Positions 1 to 8,649 of a stretch of DNA of 32,000 bases are shown piece after piece. Origin of the DNA: Candidatus Hadarchaeota archaeon (GTDB taxonomy: Archaea > Hadarchaeota > Hadarchaeia > Hadarchaeales > Hadarchaeaceae); the NCBI GenBank assembly GCA_964514965.1, contig CAZETV010000001.1:30001-62000 (forward strand). The letters run 5' to 3'. The notes below the pieces were generated by a model that was not told the DNA's origin, did not search any database, and worked only from the letters and a program-made list of their open reading frames with translations. The position numbers and the translations under genes were made by a program. Every line of letters begins with the position of its first letter. Position 1 is the stretch's first letter.

Positions 1-1011
1 TCGTGCAGCATCGGTAGCGGGCATGGGTGAGAAGCGCGTGAGGTTCACCTTGTCCGGTCTCGCTTTCTTGATTAACTCGCATGTGTGCATGAACTCTCGT
101 TCGTTCTCGCCGGGAAAACCAACGATAACATCGGTGGCGAGATAGAGGTCTCCGAAGCGCTCCCGAAAAGCGTCCACAATTTTGATAAAATCATCGACGG
201 TGTACCCCCTGCGCATCGATTCTAGCACACCATCGTCTCCACTCTGAACGGGCAAATGCAAGAATTTGTAAATTTTTTCGTTATCGTAGGCATCAAGGAG
301 TTCGGGTAAAATCGGTTTCACGTTTTGCGGGTTCATCATCCCGATGCGGATTTTAAACTTGCCCTCGAGCGATGTGATCGAATTGAGCAATTCGGGTAGG
401 TTTGCTCCAACGTCTAAGCCGTAGGCAGCTGTGTCTTGGGCTGTGAGTAAGATTTCGCGGTAGCCAACATTAATTGCAGCCTCCACCTCACTGAGAATCG
501 GTTGAGAATAGAAGCTGCGCAGTTTGCCCCGCGCGAATTTAACCGAACAGTAACTGCAATTCGAAGTGCAGCCTTCGCAGATTGCTACTATCGCGCTCAC
601 CTTGCTCGAGCGAAGCTTGGGCATGGTCGGCTTTTCGCAGGGGGCTTGTTCGAGTGTTTTAATATTTTGTTTTTCGCACGCTATTCGTTCGAAGACTTCG
701 GCCATCTCGCCAATGGACCTGCATGAAACTACGCCAGCAAAACCTCCAATCTTTTCAATCGAGGCCAAGTCAATGAGAGGTAGGCAGCCGGCCACAACTA
801 CACGCTTTCCGTTCGAGTTCTGGAGTTCCCTCAAGCGGCGCAGCATTCTTCGATAAGTTGTCCCCTTCACGGCGCATGTGTTGACAATTATTGCGTCAGC
901 TTTAGCTGGATTTTGGACCATTTCGTGCCCAGCGACAGCGAGTTGCCCCAAAATGAGTTCTGCGTCGCTCCGGTTCATCGTGCAACCGTAGGTTTCACAG
1001 TACACACGCAT
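1..1011 (-). CDS. Radical SAM tRNA methylthiotransferase (MiaB/CDKAL1-like, archaeal ms2t6A type), 3' end truncated by window edge
   Basis: Own translation of minus strand from ATG at 1011: MRVYCETYGCTMNRSDAELILGQL...ADAIIVNTCAVKG...ICEGCTSNCSYCSVKFARGKLRS...; UPF0004 N-terminal Cys residues plus CxxxCxxC radical SAM motif. Confidence 0.92.
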   Translation of the reverse strand, partial: MRVYCETYGCTMNRSDAELILGQLAVAGHEMVQNPAKADAIIVNTCAVKGTTYRRMLRRLRELQNSNGKRVVVAGCLPLIDLASIEKIGGFAGVVSCRSIGEMAEVFERIACEKQNIKTLEQAPCEKPTMPKLRSSKVSAIVAICEGCTSNCSYCSVKFARGKLRSFYSQPILSEVEAAINVGYREILLTAQDTAAYGLDVGANLPELLNSITSLEGKFKIRIGMMNPQNVKPILPELLDAYDNEKIYKFLHLPVQSGDDGVLESMRRGYTVDDFIKIVDAFRERFGDLYLATDVIVGFPGENEREFMHTCELIKKARPDKVNLTRFSPMPATDAAR

Positions 1012-1060
1012 AACATCAACTTTTATTTACACTTTCTTGCAATAAAATCAGAGGGTATTC

Positions 1061-1819
1061 ATGAAAAAAATCCAGCTGACGCTAGTGCAAATTGACAATT
1101 ACGGCCCGTGGACCGTTACGCCAGAGCCCCACGGAGAGGCAGAGTTGCAAACGTTACAGGCCGAGCTATTTGCGGAGCTTGAACGGCAGTTTGCTTCTCA
1201 TAAGGGTCTAGCGTTCCAGACGAGGCTCGATAACATGATAGCGATTACGAATGGAATTTCACTCGATGAACATCGCGCCATCCAAAAAGTTGTGAACGAA
1301 AAATTTCCGGTGACGGTGAGCATGAGCGTGGGTACAGCCCCCACGCCCTACGAGGCGCAGGTTCAGGCGACCATTGCCCTACAGCACGTTGGCAGCAGCA
1401 GGTCGGCAGAGCGAAGTGGAGCGCTTGTTGGCGTTTGTGTGGATTCACCCGATGAAGATTGGGTGCAACTTGCCCACATGGATGTAAACCATTCAGCGCT
1501 GTTCACAGACAGCAAGCCTATATACGATACTCACCTCTTTCTCCAAAGAACTTGCGTTTCGCTCATGTCGGCGCTGGTACATAGAAATGCATTAGTGTTT
1601 TACACAGGGGGTGATAATTTCATGGTTCCATCAAATGGCCTAAATTTAAGTGAGCTGACTTCTGTTTTCTCTGAGGTCAAGCGTGAGGTTGGAGTAGATC
1701 TCAAGGCAGGTGTAGGCGCTGCTCGAACAGCTGAACTAGCGGCGCGCTTGGCCAGCGAGGGGCTTCATGAGATCAGGAAGGGCGTGGTGAAGGAACAAAT
1801 CATTTACAAAACTGGATAA
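1061..1819 (+). CDS. gch3: GTP cyclohydrolase III (archaeal GTP cyclohydrolase IIa family)
   Basis: ORF of 252 aa beginning MKKIQLTLVQIDNYGPWTVTPEPHGEAELQ..., with YTGGDNFMVPSNG and DLKAGVGAARTAELAARLA, characteristic of archaeal GCH III. Confidence 0.9.
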   Translation: MKKIQLTLVQIDNYGPWTVTPEPHGEAELQTLQAELFAELERQFASHKGLAFQTRLDNMIAITNGISLDEHRAIQKVVNEKFPVTVSMSVGTAPTPYEAQVQATIALQHVGSSRSAERSGALVGVCVDSPDEDWVQLAHMDVNHSALFTDSKPIYDTHLFLQRTCVSLMSALVHRNALVFYTGGDNFMVPSNGLNLSELTSVFSEVKREVGVDLKAGVGAARTAELAARLASEGLHEIRKGVVKEQIIYKTG

Positions 1820-1918
1820 TTTTTTCCCACACAACCAGGCCTCATCACAAAAAGTGCGTAAATAACTGACTCAAGCTCTAATTTTCTCACATTGCCAGTC
1901 GAGAAAAGAAAGCGCCGC

Positions 1919-2167
1919 CTATAAGTTCTTCGCCACGATCTTTAAGTTTTTATACGCTTCCATGAACTCAAGTCCCTTTTTCGTGATTTTAAATTCTCCC
2001 AATGAGCCTGCGGCGGGACTTATCAACCCCTCTTGAATGAGTAAATCCAAGTACTTGTTGACAACGTTGAAGTTTAAATTTGCACGATAAACGATTGAGG
2101 TTTTCTTCGCACCATTTGTGGCAAGAGAAAGAATCTCTCCAACAATTTCAAACCTGCTCCGGCGCAA
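1919..2167 (-). CDS. Small winged helix-turn-helix transcriptional regulator
   Basis: 82 aa ORF: RSRFEIVGEILSLATNGAKKTSIVYRANLNFNVVNKYLDLLIQEGLI...FKITKKGLEFMEAYKNL; typical archaeal wHTH pattern. Confidence 0.8.
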   Translation of the reverse strand: MRRSRFEIVGEILSLATNGAKKTSIVYRANLNFNVVNKYLDLLIQEGLISPAAGSLGEFKITKKGLEFMEAYKNLKIVAKNL

Positions 2168-2400
2168 GCCCCTCGCCCCTCACATCCAGCGAATTAATAT
2201 TGGGATGTTTAAGATTATAAATTTTTACCTATCTAACACAAAAAATATTAACATGGAATTTTTATTTTTTAAACTAAAAATTAGATGAAAATATTGCAAC
2301 TGTAAATGTAAAATTTCAATTTGTGGGTAAATGTATGCTAAAAGTTATTGTCGTTTATGAATCAAGCGCGATAACACTAAATTTGTAGCGGAAAAAATCA

Positions 2401-2930
2401 GAGGCCGAAAACCGGGTCGGGGACTGGGTCTTGAGTGTCAGAGTAACGCCCACGAACATCACGGTGGGCAACAACATAACTATGGAGGCGACGTGTCGAT
2501 AGTTTTGGACAGCAACGGTTATCCGCATATAGGTTATTGCTATGTACCCGCGGCAGACGTAACTCCATTCAGGGGAGACGCTTTGAAGTACGCCCATTTG
2601 CATGGTGACGAGTGGGTGATCCAAACAGTTGATGACGGTGGCGGTTATCCTGCAGATGTTGGGCGAGGCGCATCGATAGCTCTCGACGAGGATGGTCGTC
2701 CACATTTAAGTTATAATGACTTCGGGCGCACCAGCGTGAAATACGCCAGTTACGACGACGAAAAATGGGTAATCGAGGTAGTGGATAACATGGTTGGCTC
2801 TGGAGAGGATAATCCAACAACCATCGCATGGAGGAGCACCTCAACAGCCCTCGATAGCGATGGCAATCCCCACATAAGTTACTACAGCTGGGCCGACGGA
2901 GTTTTAAAATACGCATTTAAAAATGGTTAA
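2401..2930 (+). pseudogene. Frameshifted remnant of a secreted protein: VGDW-type N-terminal segment followed in another frame by beta-propeller-like repeats
   Basis: Frame at 2401 reads EAENRVGDWVLSVRVTPTNITVGNNITMEATCR*. A second frame from about 2493 reads SIVLDSNGYPHIGY...SIALDEDGRPHLSY...STALDSDGNPHISYYSWADGVLKYAFKNG*. No signal peptide is present upstream of 2401 (in-frame stop). Confidence 0.65.
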
Positions 2931-2986
2931 GAGTGATTGGCTCCATGAAGTCTATCCAGAGTCCACGGCTGATATTTGCCCTCCCC

Positions 2987-3872
2987 TCACGGTTTCACCT
3001 CTATGAGCAACCCAACTGTGATGTCCACTTGGCTGTTATCGGGGTTGTACACCAAATGGGAAACCTCGACCCTGTACATCCCTGAAACAGTGATCGGACC
3101 AAACACGAATTGGCGGCTCTTGGAAAGTTGTGGGTATACCTCGACTTTTGTCTGAACCGTAACTAGGCTCATTTCATCATAGAGGGTTCCATCCGGGCTT
3201 ATAATGTTGATTGTCGGCTCGAACAGGTACGGGGCAGTCACCATGTAGTTGTCGGACCCCGTGTATTTTATGGTCGTCTCCACGATTATGTTTTTGTCCA
3301 CCACGATAGTTTGAGCACTCCAAGGGGTTGTCTGTGTTTGGGCGTGGTATCTCTTGCGGTCCGGTTCAACGTAGGCCACCCTAGGATTCCCCTGTAAATC
3401 ATTTACGGCCTGCGACGGAACCGAAGCGGCAATCGCCAAAAAATTCTGGAAAGTGTATTTTATCCTGCCGCCGTGGGATATGACCTCCTCGGCAACGTTC
3501 TCAGTGTCCGAGGCCTCTGAATCCTATTATGATTGGAACCATGTTGTCAACGGTGTTGTCCTGAGGAGCGGATGTGACCCTGACGCTCAGGATCCAGTCC
3601 CCGACCCGGTTTTCGGCCTCGTATCCCGAGCTACCGGAGCACAGCGCGATGCCTGTCACGATGCCGACCCCTATGACGAGCGCAACCAAGGAACATAAAA
3701 CGATATAATTTCTTCCCAGCACGCCCTTCCCCCCCGACGCATCCACGGAGATATTTGCCCCCATATATAATAATTTTTTTGCTATTATTACTGGCTTTGC
3801 ACATAAATTGCTAAAAATCCGATCTTGCACATAAATTATCGATTCTGCACATAAATTCGGAGGCGATCTCAC
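2987..3872 (-). pseudogene. Frameshifted, catalytic-domain-less subtilase-type protein: signal/TM segment, VGDW-type domain, inhibitor I9-like propeptide, C-terminal beta-rich domain
   Basis: Frame 1 (ORF 3501..3872): LVALVIGVGIVTGIALCSGSSGYEAENRVGDWILSVRVTSAPQDNTVDNMVPIIIGF then stop. The shifted frame continues DSEASDTENVAEEVISHGGRIKYTFQNFLAIAASVPSQAVNDLQGNPRVAYVEPDRKRYHAQTQTTPW, an I9 propeptide pattern, then directly a non-protease domain with no Asp/His/Ser subtilase motifs. Confidence 0.7.
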
Positions 3873-3892
3873 AAAAGGGTTAATTTATGGGC
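3799..3892. promoter_or_regulatory. Cluster of short repeats: three direct copies of GCACATAAATT (3799-3809, 3827-3837, 3847-3857) plus one inverted near-copy (3882-3892)
   Basis: Direct reading; located just upstream of the ribbon-helix-helix gene. Confidence 0.6.
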
Positions 3893-3923
3893 AAAGCCCC
3901 TACTACAGAAACCCTTAAATACC

Positions 3924-3957
3924 AACTGGATTATAGATGGATTGTAACTGGATTATA
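3924..3957. promoter_or_regulatory. Two direct copies of AACTGGATTATA (3924-3935 and 3946-3957), 22 bp apart, between a possible TATA-like box (CTTAAATA, about 3914) and the start codon
   Basis: Direct reading of sequence; candidate operator for the downstream ribbon-helix-helix protein. Confidence 0.5.
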
Positions 3958-3969
3958 AGGGGAGGCTGA

Positions 3970-4161
3970 ATGATGGTCCAAAAAAAAGCCGAAGTTCGGG
4001 TTTTTGTGGACGGGATTTACCTCAAGGTTATAGACGACCTCATCGGCACCGGCTACGGCAGCAACCGCAGCGAGGTCGTCCGCAAGATGATCCACGATTG
4101 GGTAATGACCAATATCGGAGGATTTCAAGGTCTGATGAAATATTCGAGAGGGAAAAAGTGA
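3970..4161 (+). CDS. Ribbon-helix-helix (CopG/NikR-N-like) DNA-binding protein
   Basis: 63 aa: KKAEVRVFVDGIYLKVIDDLIGTGYGSNRSEVVRKMIHDWVMTNIGG; beta-strand plus SNRSEVVR motif; upstream GGGGAGG ribosome-binding site. ORF start could be 3970 or 3973. Confidence 0.8.
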   Translation: MMVQKKAEVRVFVDGIYLKVIDDLIGTGYGSNRSEVVRKMIHDWVMTNIGGFQGLMKYSRGKK

Positions 4162-4212
4162 ACTCAACTCACGGTCACCCCACCTCCTCAGTCCAGCCTC
4201 CAAAGGGGTGTC

Positions 4213-4245
4213 AGGCGGGGCGGCCTTTCGGGGCCGCTCTCGCCT
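4213..4245. terminator. Two-tier GC-rich hairpin between convergent genes, possible bidirectional 3'-end element
   Basis: AGGCG-gg-GCGGCC-tttcgg-GGCCGC-tct-CGCCT; 5-bp outer and 6-bp inner perfect arms; overlaps the stop codon of the minus-strand PHP gene and follows the plus-strand RHH gene. Confidence 0.45.
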
Positions 4246-4888
4246 AACGTTCATAAAGCCTGTGGGGGATTCTCTGGAAGGCCCTCCATAGGAAAATTGA
4301 AAGGGGGAGAGTCCGTCCCGAAATCGATGTCTCTCCCCTTTTAATCTGTTCTAAGATTGAATCGACGTTTGGCTTGCAGTTTAAAGTTGTACTGGCTAGA
4401 CCTATCTCGTCGCAGTGATGGGCATCAGAGCCCGCGGTAATGGGAAATCGATTTTGTTTGGCGAATCTTCGCGCGAGAGGATTGCTGAAAAAAAGGGCGC
4501 GGGAGTTGAATGCCTCGATCGCATCAAACTTCGCCCTGTAAACTAGGTTTGGCTTCCGCCCAAGCGCAAATGGGTGGGCGGCGACGGCGATACCCCTCTG
4601 CTCTTTTATTCGTTTGACAGTTTCTTTTGCCGATAGCCCTCGCGGCACGAGTTCTCTGACTCCGAGCCCGAGGATATGGCCGTCAGCGCTCGAAATTTCC
4701 ACGCCAGGGATGATTATGAAATCGTGTTTGGAGAATTTCTTTGTTTCAACATGTCCACGGATGGTGTTGTGATCTGTGATCGCGATGCCGTTCAATCCCT
4801 TCGCTTTCGCTGCTTTCGCGGCATCTTCCACGGAGCAGGTTCCATCGGGAGAGTGCGAGGTGTGAACATGCAGATCGATGCGGAGCAA
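4244..4888 (-). CDS. PHP domain metal-dependent phosphoesterase
   Basis: MLRIDLHVHTSHSPDGTCSVEDAAKAAKAKGLNGIAITDHNT...GVEISSADGHILGLG...AAHPFA...TAGSDAHHCDEIG; PHP metal-binding motifs. Confidence 0.92.
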   Translation of the reverse strand: MLRIDLHVHTSHSPDGTCSVEDAAKAAKAKGLNGIAITDHNTIRGHVETKKFSKHDFIIIPGVEISSADGHILGLGVRELVPRGLSAKETVKRIKEQRGIAVAAHPFALGRKPNLVYRAKFDAIEAFNSRALFFSNPLARRFAKQNRFPITAGSDAHHCDEIGLASTTLNCKPNVDSILEQIKRGETSISGRTLPLSIFLWRAFQRIPHRLYER

Positions 4889-6703
4889 CTATCTCACCTT
4901 GGCGCCCGGCTTGACTGGTTTGTCGGAGGTCAAGATGGAAATTTTTTCTTCATCTTCAGCGGCCAAGAGCATTCCTTCAGATTTCACGCCCATGAGCTTC
5001 ACCGGCTCGAGATTGGTGACGATCGCGACTTGCTTGCCGATTAGTTTCTCCGATGGATAGTGCTCGGCAATTCCCGCCACTATCGTGCGTCGTTCTCCAG
5101 CGAGTTCCAGCTCAAGTTTAAGGAGTTTTTTCGAGCCGGGAATTTTTTCTGCTTTTGTTATCCTACCGACTCGGATGTCGAGCTTTTCGAAATCCTTGAT
5201 CGAAACCTGTGGTTTAAGGGGTTTAGAGGGGTTGTCGGTTTGAACCTTCGTGAAGAGGATTGACGGCTTTACGATTCGGTGCTCTGGCTCGATATCGAAT
5301 TTCTTTGCCTGTTCCCAACTGCTCACCTCAACATTTAGCTGCTTGGCGAGCCTATCGCAAGTTGAGGGCATGAACGGCGAGAGAGCGACGCACAGCGCCT
5401 TTACGAGGTTTGCGCAATTGAGGATGCAGTCAGCCGCTTTCCGGGGGTCGCTCTTTATCGTCTTCCAGGGTTTATGAAGCTGGAAATATTCGTTCCCGCG
5501 CCCAGCGATAACCAGTATTTCGTCGAGCGCTTGGGTCACCTTCAATTCCTCCAACAGTTTTTCCACTTTCCCTATTCGTTCGCTAACCTCGGCTTCGAGT
5601 TTTTTGTCGATCTTTCCGGCGGGTATAGTGCCTTCGAAGCGATCTCGGGTGAATGTGAGCACGCGATGGACAAAATTTCCGAAGACATCCGCGAGTTCGT
5701 CGTTTAACCTCGTGCGCAAGCTTTCCTCAGAGAAATTACCGTCTTGACCGAATGATATCTCTCGGATCAAGAAATAGCGTATAACGTCTGCAGAATACTT
5801 CTCGATGAGGTAAGACGAATCGATGACGTTGCCGAGTGATTTGCTGATTTTTTGTCCTTCGACCGTCAAGAATCCGTGCGCGAAGATTTGTTTAGGCAAC
5901 TCGTAGCCGGCCGAAAGCAGCATCCCGGGCCATACAACGCAGTGGAAGCGTATGATGTCTTTCGCGATGATATGGGCGTCAGCTGGCCAGTAGTCGCGCG
6001 GCAGCATGTAGTTTACGAGAGCGTCAAGCCAGACCCAGATTGTTTGCTTGGGGTCGCCCGGAACTTTTATACCCCACTCCAGCTCTGGGCGGGAAACGCT
6101 GATGTCTTTGAGGCCACTTTTGAGAAAGCTGAGTACCTCATTCTTCCGCGTCTCCGGTTGGATGAATTGGGGGTTGCTTTGGATATGTTCCAGGATTTGA
6201 TTTTGGTATTTTGAAAGTTTGAAAAAGTAGTTCTCCTCTTTGAGCAACTTGGGTTTTCTTTTGTGAAGGGGGCATTTTCCATTGACGAGATCCTCCTCCG
6301 CGACGTAGGCCTCGCAACCCTCGCAGTAAAGTCCTTCATACTCTCCCTTGTAGATGTCACCGCGCTCATTAATTCGCTTGAACAACTCGCGCACGTTCCG
6401 CTTGTGGCGCTCTTGGGTGGTGCGGATGAAGTCGTCATAACTTATATCAAACAATTTCCAAGCGTCAACCCACACCTTCGCCATCGAGTCCGCGTAGGCC
6501 TGAATTTCTTTGAACCCCTGTTCTCTTGCCGCCTTAACTGTTTTTGTGGAGTTCTCGTCCAGCCCAGTTAGGAAGAAGACATCATCTCCAAAAAGACGGT
6601 GCCATCGAGCGAGCACATCCGCAACTATGTTGGTGTAGGCGTGCCCGATGTGTGGCACAGCGTTGATGTAGTATATCGGCGTGGTGATGTAGAACTTAGC
6701 CAT
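4889..6703 (-). CDS. metG: Methionyl-tRNA synthetase with C-terminal EMAP/Trbp tRNA-binding domain; ORF extends to 6784 but the likely start is the Met at 6703
   Basis: MAKFYITTPIYYINAVPHIGHAYTNIVADVLARW..., YEGLYCEGCEAYV, KMSKS-type motif (GQKISKSLGNV), C-terminal FEKLDIRVGRITKAEKIPGSKKLLKLELELAGERRTIVAGIAEHY. Confidence 0.95.
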   Translation of the reverse strand: MAKFYITTPIYYINAVPHIGHAYTNIVADVLARWHRLFGDDVFFLTGLDENSTKTVKAAREQGFKEIQAYADSMAKVWVDAWKLFDISYDDFIRTTQERHKRNVRELFKRINERGDIYKGEYEGLYCEGCEAYVAEEDLVNGKCPLHKRKPKLLKEENYFFKLSKYQNQILEHIQSNPQFIQPETRKNEVLSFLKSGLKDISVSRPELEWGIKVPGDPKQTIWVWLDALVNYMLPRDYWPADAHIIAKDIIRFHCVVWPGMLLSAGYELPKQIFAHGFLTVEGQKISKSLGNVIDSSYLIEKYSADVIRYFLIREISFGQDGNFSEESLRTRLNDELADVFGNFVHRVLTFTRDRFEGTIPAGKIDKKLEAEVSERIGKVEKLLEELKVTQALDEILVIAGRGNEYFQLHKPWKTIKSDPRKAADCILNCANLVKALCVALSPFMPSTCDRLAKQLNVEVSSWEQAKKFDIEPEHRIVKPSILFTKVQTDNPSKPLKPQVSIKDFEKLDIRVGRITKAEKIPGSKKLLKLELELAGERRTIVAGIAEHYPSEKLIGKQVAIVTNLEPVKLMGVKSEGMLLAAEDEEKISILTSDKPVKPGAKVR

Positions 6704-6809
6704 ACCTTTCCCCTCTTTCTTTGAGTGGTGATAATTTAAATGTCTTGAATAAACCTTTCCTAAATTTATTAAACCTAGATGCAATATTCATAGTAGTGGG
6801 GGTGTAATA

Positions 6810-7328
6810 TTGGGTGGAAAGCGGGTTTTGATGATAATTGCGCCTGAGAACTTTAGAGACGAGGAACTTTTGCATACAAGGGAGGAGCTTGAGAGCGCTG
6901 AGGTGAAGACAACAATCGCGAGCACGAAAATAGGTGAAGTTAAGGGCGTGCTGGGGGCGAAAGTAAATTCTGGTATCAAACTCGACCAAGTAAATGTTGA
7001 TGATTACGATGGTGTGGTTTTTGTGGGCGGTTCTGGCGCGGAAGTTTATTTCAACGATAAGCGAGCAATCTCGATAGCTGGCGAGGCATTCAGCAAGGAC
7101 AAGAAAATCTGTGCCATTTGCATCGCTCCAGTTATCCTCGCGAATGCGGGGGTGTTGGAGGGCAAGCGTGCAACAGTCTTCGACGGTGATTACGTTAGAA
7201 AAATTGAAGGCAAAGGCGCCACTTATACCGGAAAGCCAGTCGAAGTTGACGGAAACATCATAACTGCGAACGGTCCAGCGGCTGCACGCGAGTTCGGACG
7301 CACGATTGCAAATGAACTTGAGCTTTAG
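6810..7328 (+). CDS. DJ-1/PfpI family protein (TTG start)
   Basis: KRVLMIIAPENFRDEELLHTREELESAEVKTTIAS...VFVGGSGAEVYF...KICAICIAPVILANAGVLEGKRATVF...NIITANGPAAAREFG. Confidence 0.88.
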   Translation: MGGKRVLMIIAPENFRDEELLHTREELESAEVKTTIASTKIGEVKGVLGAKVNSGIKLDQVNVDDYDGVVFVGGSGAEVYFNDKRAISIAGEAFSKDKKICAICIAPVILANAGVLEGKRATVFDGDYVRKIEGKGATYTGKPVEVDGNIITANGPAAAREFGRTIANELEL

Positions 7329-8649
7329 GGGCGATGGCTTGGTCGATATCTTAATCAAGGGCGGCCACATCATCACAATGGATTCTCAACGCCATGTGCT
7401 CGACCGGGGTTCTGTGGTGATTGATGGTGGCAGGATAGTTTCAGTTGGCAAGGAAGTCAAAGTGCGGGCGGACACGGTGATTGATGCTCGGGGCAAAGCC
7501 GTGCTTCCCGGGCTCATCAACGCCCACACTCACCTCTCGATGACTTTGTTGCGAGGCGTTGCCGACGACATGGAGCTAGACTCTTGGTTAAAAACTAAAA
7601 TTTGGCCAATCGAGAAACATCTTCGAGCCGAGGACTGTTACGTTGGTGCATTACTCGGTTGTCTAGAGATGATAAAATCTGGAACGACTTGCTTTGCCGA
7701 CCAATATCTTCACATGGAGGATGTCGCCCGAGCAGTTGAAAAATCTGGTATCCGTGGCGTACTCTCTTACGGCATCATAGAACAAGGCGACCCCAAGAAG
7801 CGGAAATCGGAGATTCAGGCAGGTGAAAAGTTGGTCAAAAATTATCATGGCAAGGCAAATGGTCGGATTTTAACCATGTTTGGTCCACACGCCTCGTACA
7901 CATGTTCACCTGAGTGTCTCGTGCAAGTAAAGGAGTTGGCAAAAAAGTACAAAGTTGGAGTTCATATTCATATCGCCGAGTCTAAATGGGAAGTTGGAGA
8001 AATAATCAAAAAATACGGTAAGCGCCCAGTTGAGCATTTAGATGCAATCGGCTTTCTGGGGCCCGAGGTTCTGGCGGCGCACTGTGTTCAATTGACTGGG
8101 CAGGAAATTCGGATTTTGCATGATAGAGGGGTCAAGCCAGTGCATAACCCGGTGAGTAACATGAAAATTGCATGTGGCGTGTCGCCCGTACCAGAAATGC
8201 TGGCAGCGGGTATACCCGTAGCACTCGGCACGGATGGGGCCGCTTCAAACAACGCACTGGACATGTTCAGTGAGATGAAATTTGCAGCGCTGCTCAACAA
8301 AGTTGATAAATTTAATCCTACAATCATGCCCGCTCAATCGGTGCTCGAAATGGCGACAATTAATGGCGCGAGAGCACTTGGGTTGGATGGAAGTCTCGGC
8401 TCGATTGAGGTCGGGAAGAAAGCCGATTTAATACTAGTTGATTTACGGAAGCCACACCTTACACCCATTAATAACGTCATATCTCATTTGGTCTATAGTG
8501 CAACTGGTAGCGATGTTGATACGGTTATCGTGGATGGTAAGGTCATTATGCAGGGGCGAAGGGTTCTAAAATTCGAAGAGGATAAGGTTTTGAAGGAGGC
8601 CCAGAAAGCTGCAGATGATTTACTCGCGCGGAAGGAAGTAGCAAAATGA
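7306..8649 (+). CDS. mtaD: Amidohydrolase of the S-adenosylhomocysteine / 5'-methylthioadenosine / 5'-deoxyadenosine deaminase family; start could be downstream (e.g. TTG 7339)
   Basis: VDILIKGGHIITMD...VVIDGGRIVSVG...GKAVLPGLINAHTHLSMTLLRGVADDMELDSWLKTKIWPIEKHL...GTDGAASNNALDMFSEMKFAALL...LGSIEVGKKADLILVDL. Confidence 0.9.
   Translation: MQMNLSFRGDGLVDILIKGGHIITMDSQRHVLDRGSVVIDGGRIVSVGKEVKVRADTVIDARGKAVLPGLINAHTHLSMTLLRGVADDMELDSWLKTKIWPIEKHLRAEDCYVGALLGCLEMIKSGTTCFADQYLHMEDVARAVEKSGIRGVLSYGIIEQGDPKKRKSEIQAGEKLVKNYHGKANGRILTMFGPHASYTCSPECLVQVKELAKKYKVGVHIHIAESKWEVGEIIKKYGKRPVEHLDAIGFLGPEVLAAHCVQLTGQEIRILHDRGVKPVHNPVSNMKIACGVSPVPEMLAAGIPVALGTDGAASNNALDMFSEMKFAALLNKVDKFNPTIMPAQSVLEMATINGARALGLDGSLGSIEVGKKADLILVDLRKPHLTPINNVISHLVYSATGSDVDTVIVDGKVIMQGRRVLKFEEDKVLKEAQKAADDLLARKEVAK

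Noticed and set aside
2355-2916. Minus-strand ORFs of 116 and 115 aa over the propeller-like remnant
   Set aside because: No motif support; the plus strand has repeated SxALDxxGxPHISY units.
3931-4254. 107-aa minus-strand ORF overlapping the RHH gene
   Set aside because: Low-complexity, Arg/Pro-rich antisense translation; the plus-strand ORF has a recognisable RHH pattern and an RBS.
4300-4342. Inverted repeat AAAGGGGGAGAG...CTCTCCCCTTTT that could look like a terminator
   Set aside because: Lies inside the coding sequence of the PHP protein (encodes GETSISGRTLPLSIF) and has an unpaired bulge; probably coincidental codon composition.
5852-6214. 120-aa plus-strand ORF inside metG (also minus 6067..6438, plus 6263..6571 and others)
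   Set aside because: Antisense or alternate-frame reading of a strongly supported MetRS gene.
6696-7376. 226-aa minus-strand ORF over the DJ-1/PfpI gene
   Set aside because: No family signature; antisense to a well-supported PfpI-family ORF.
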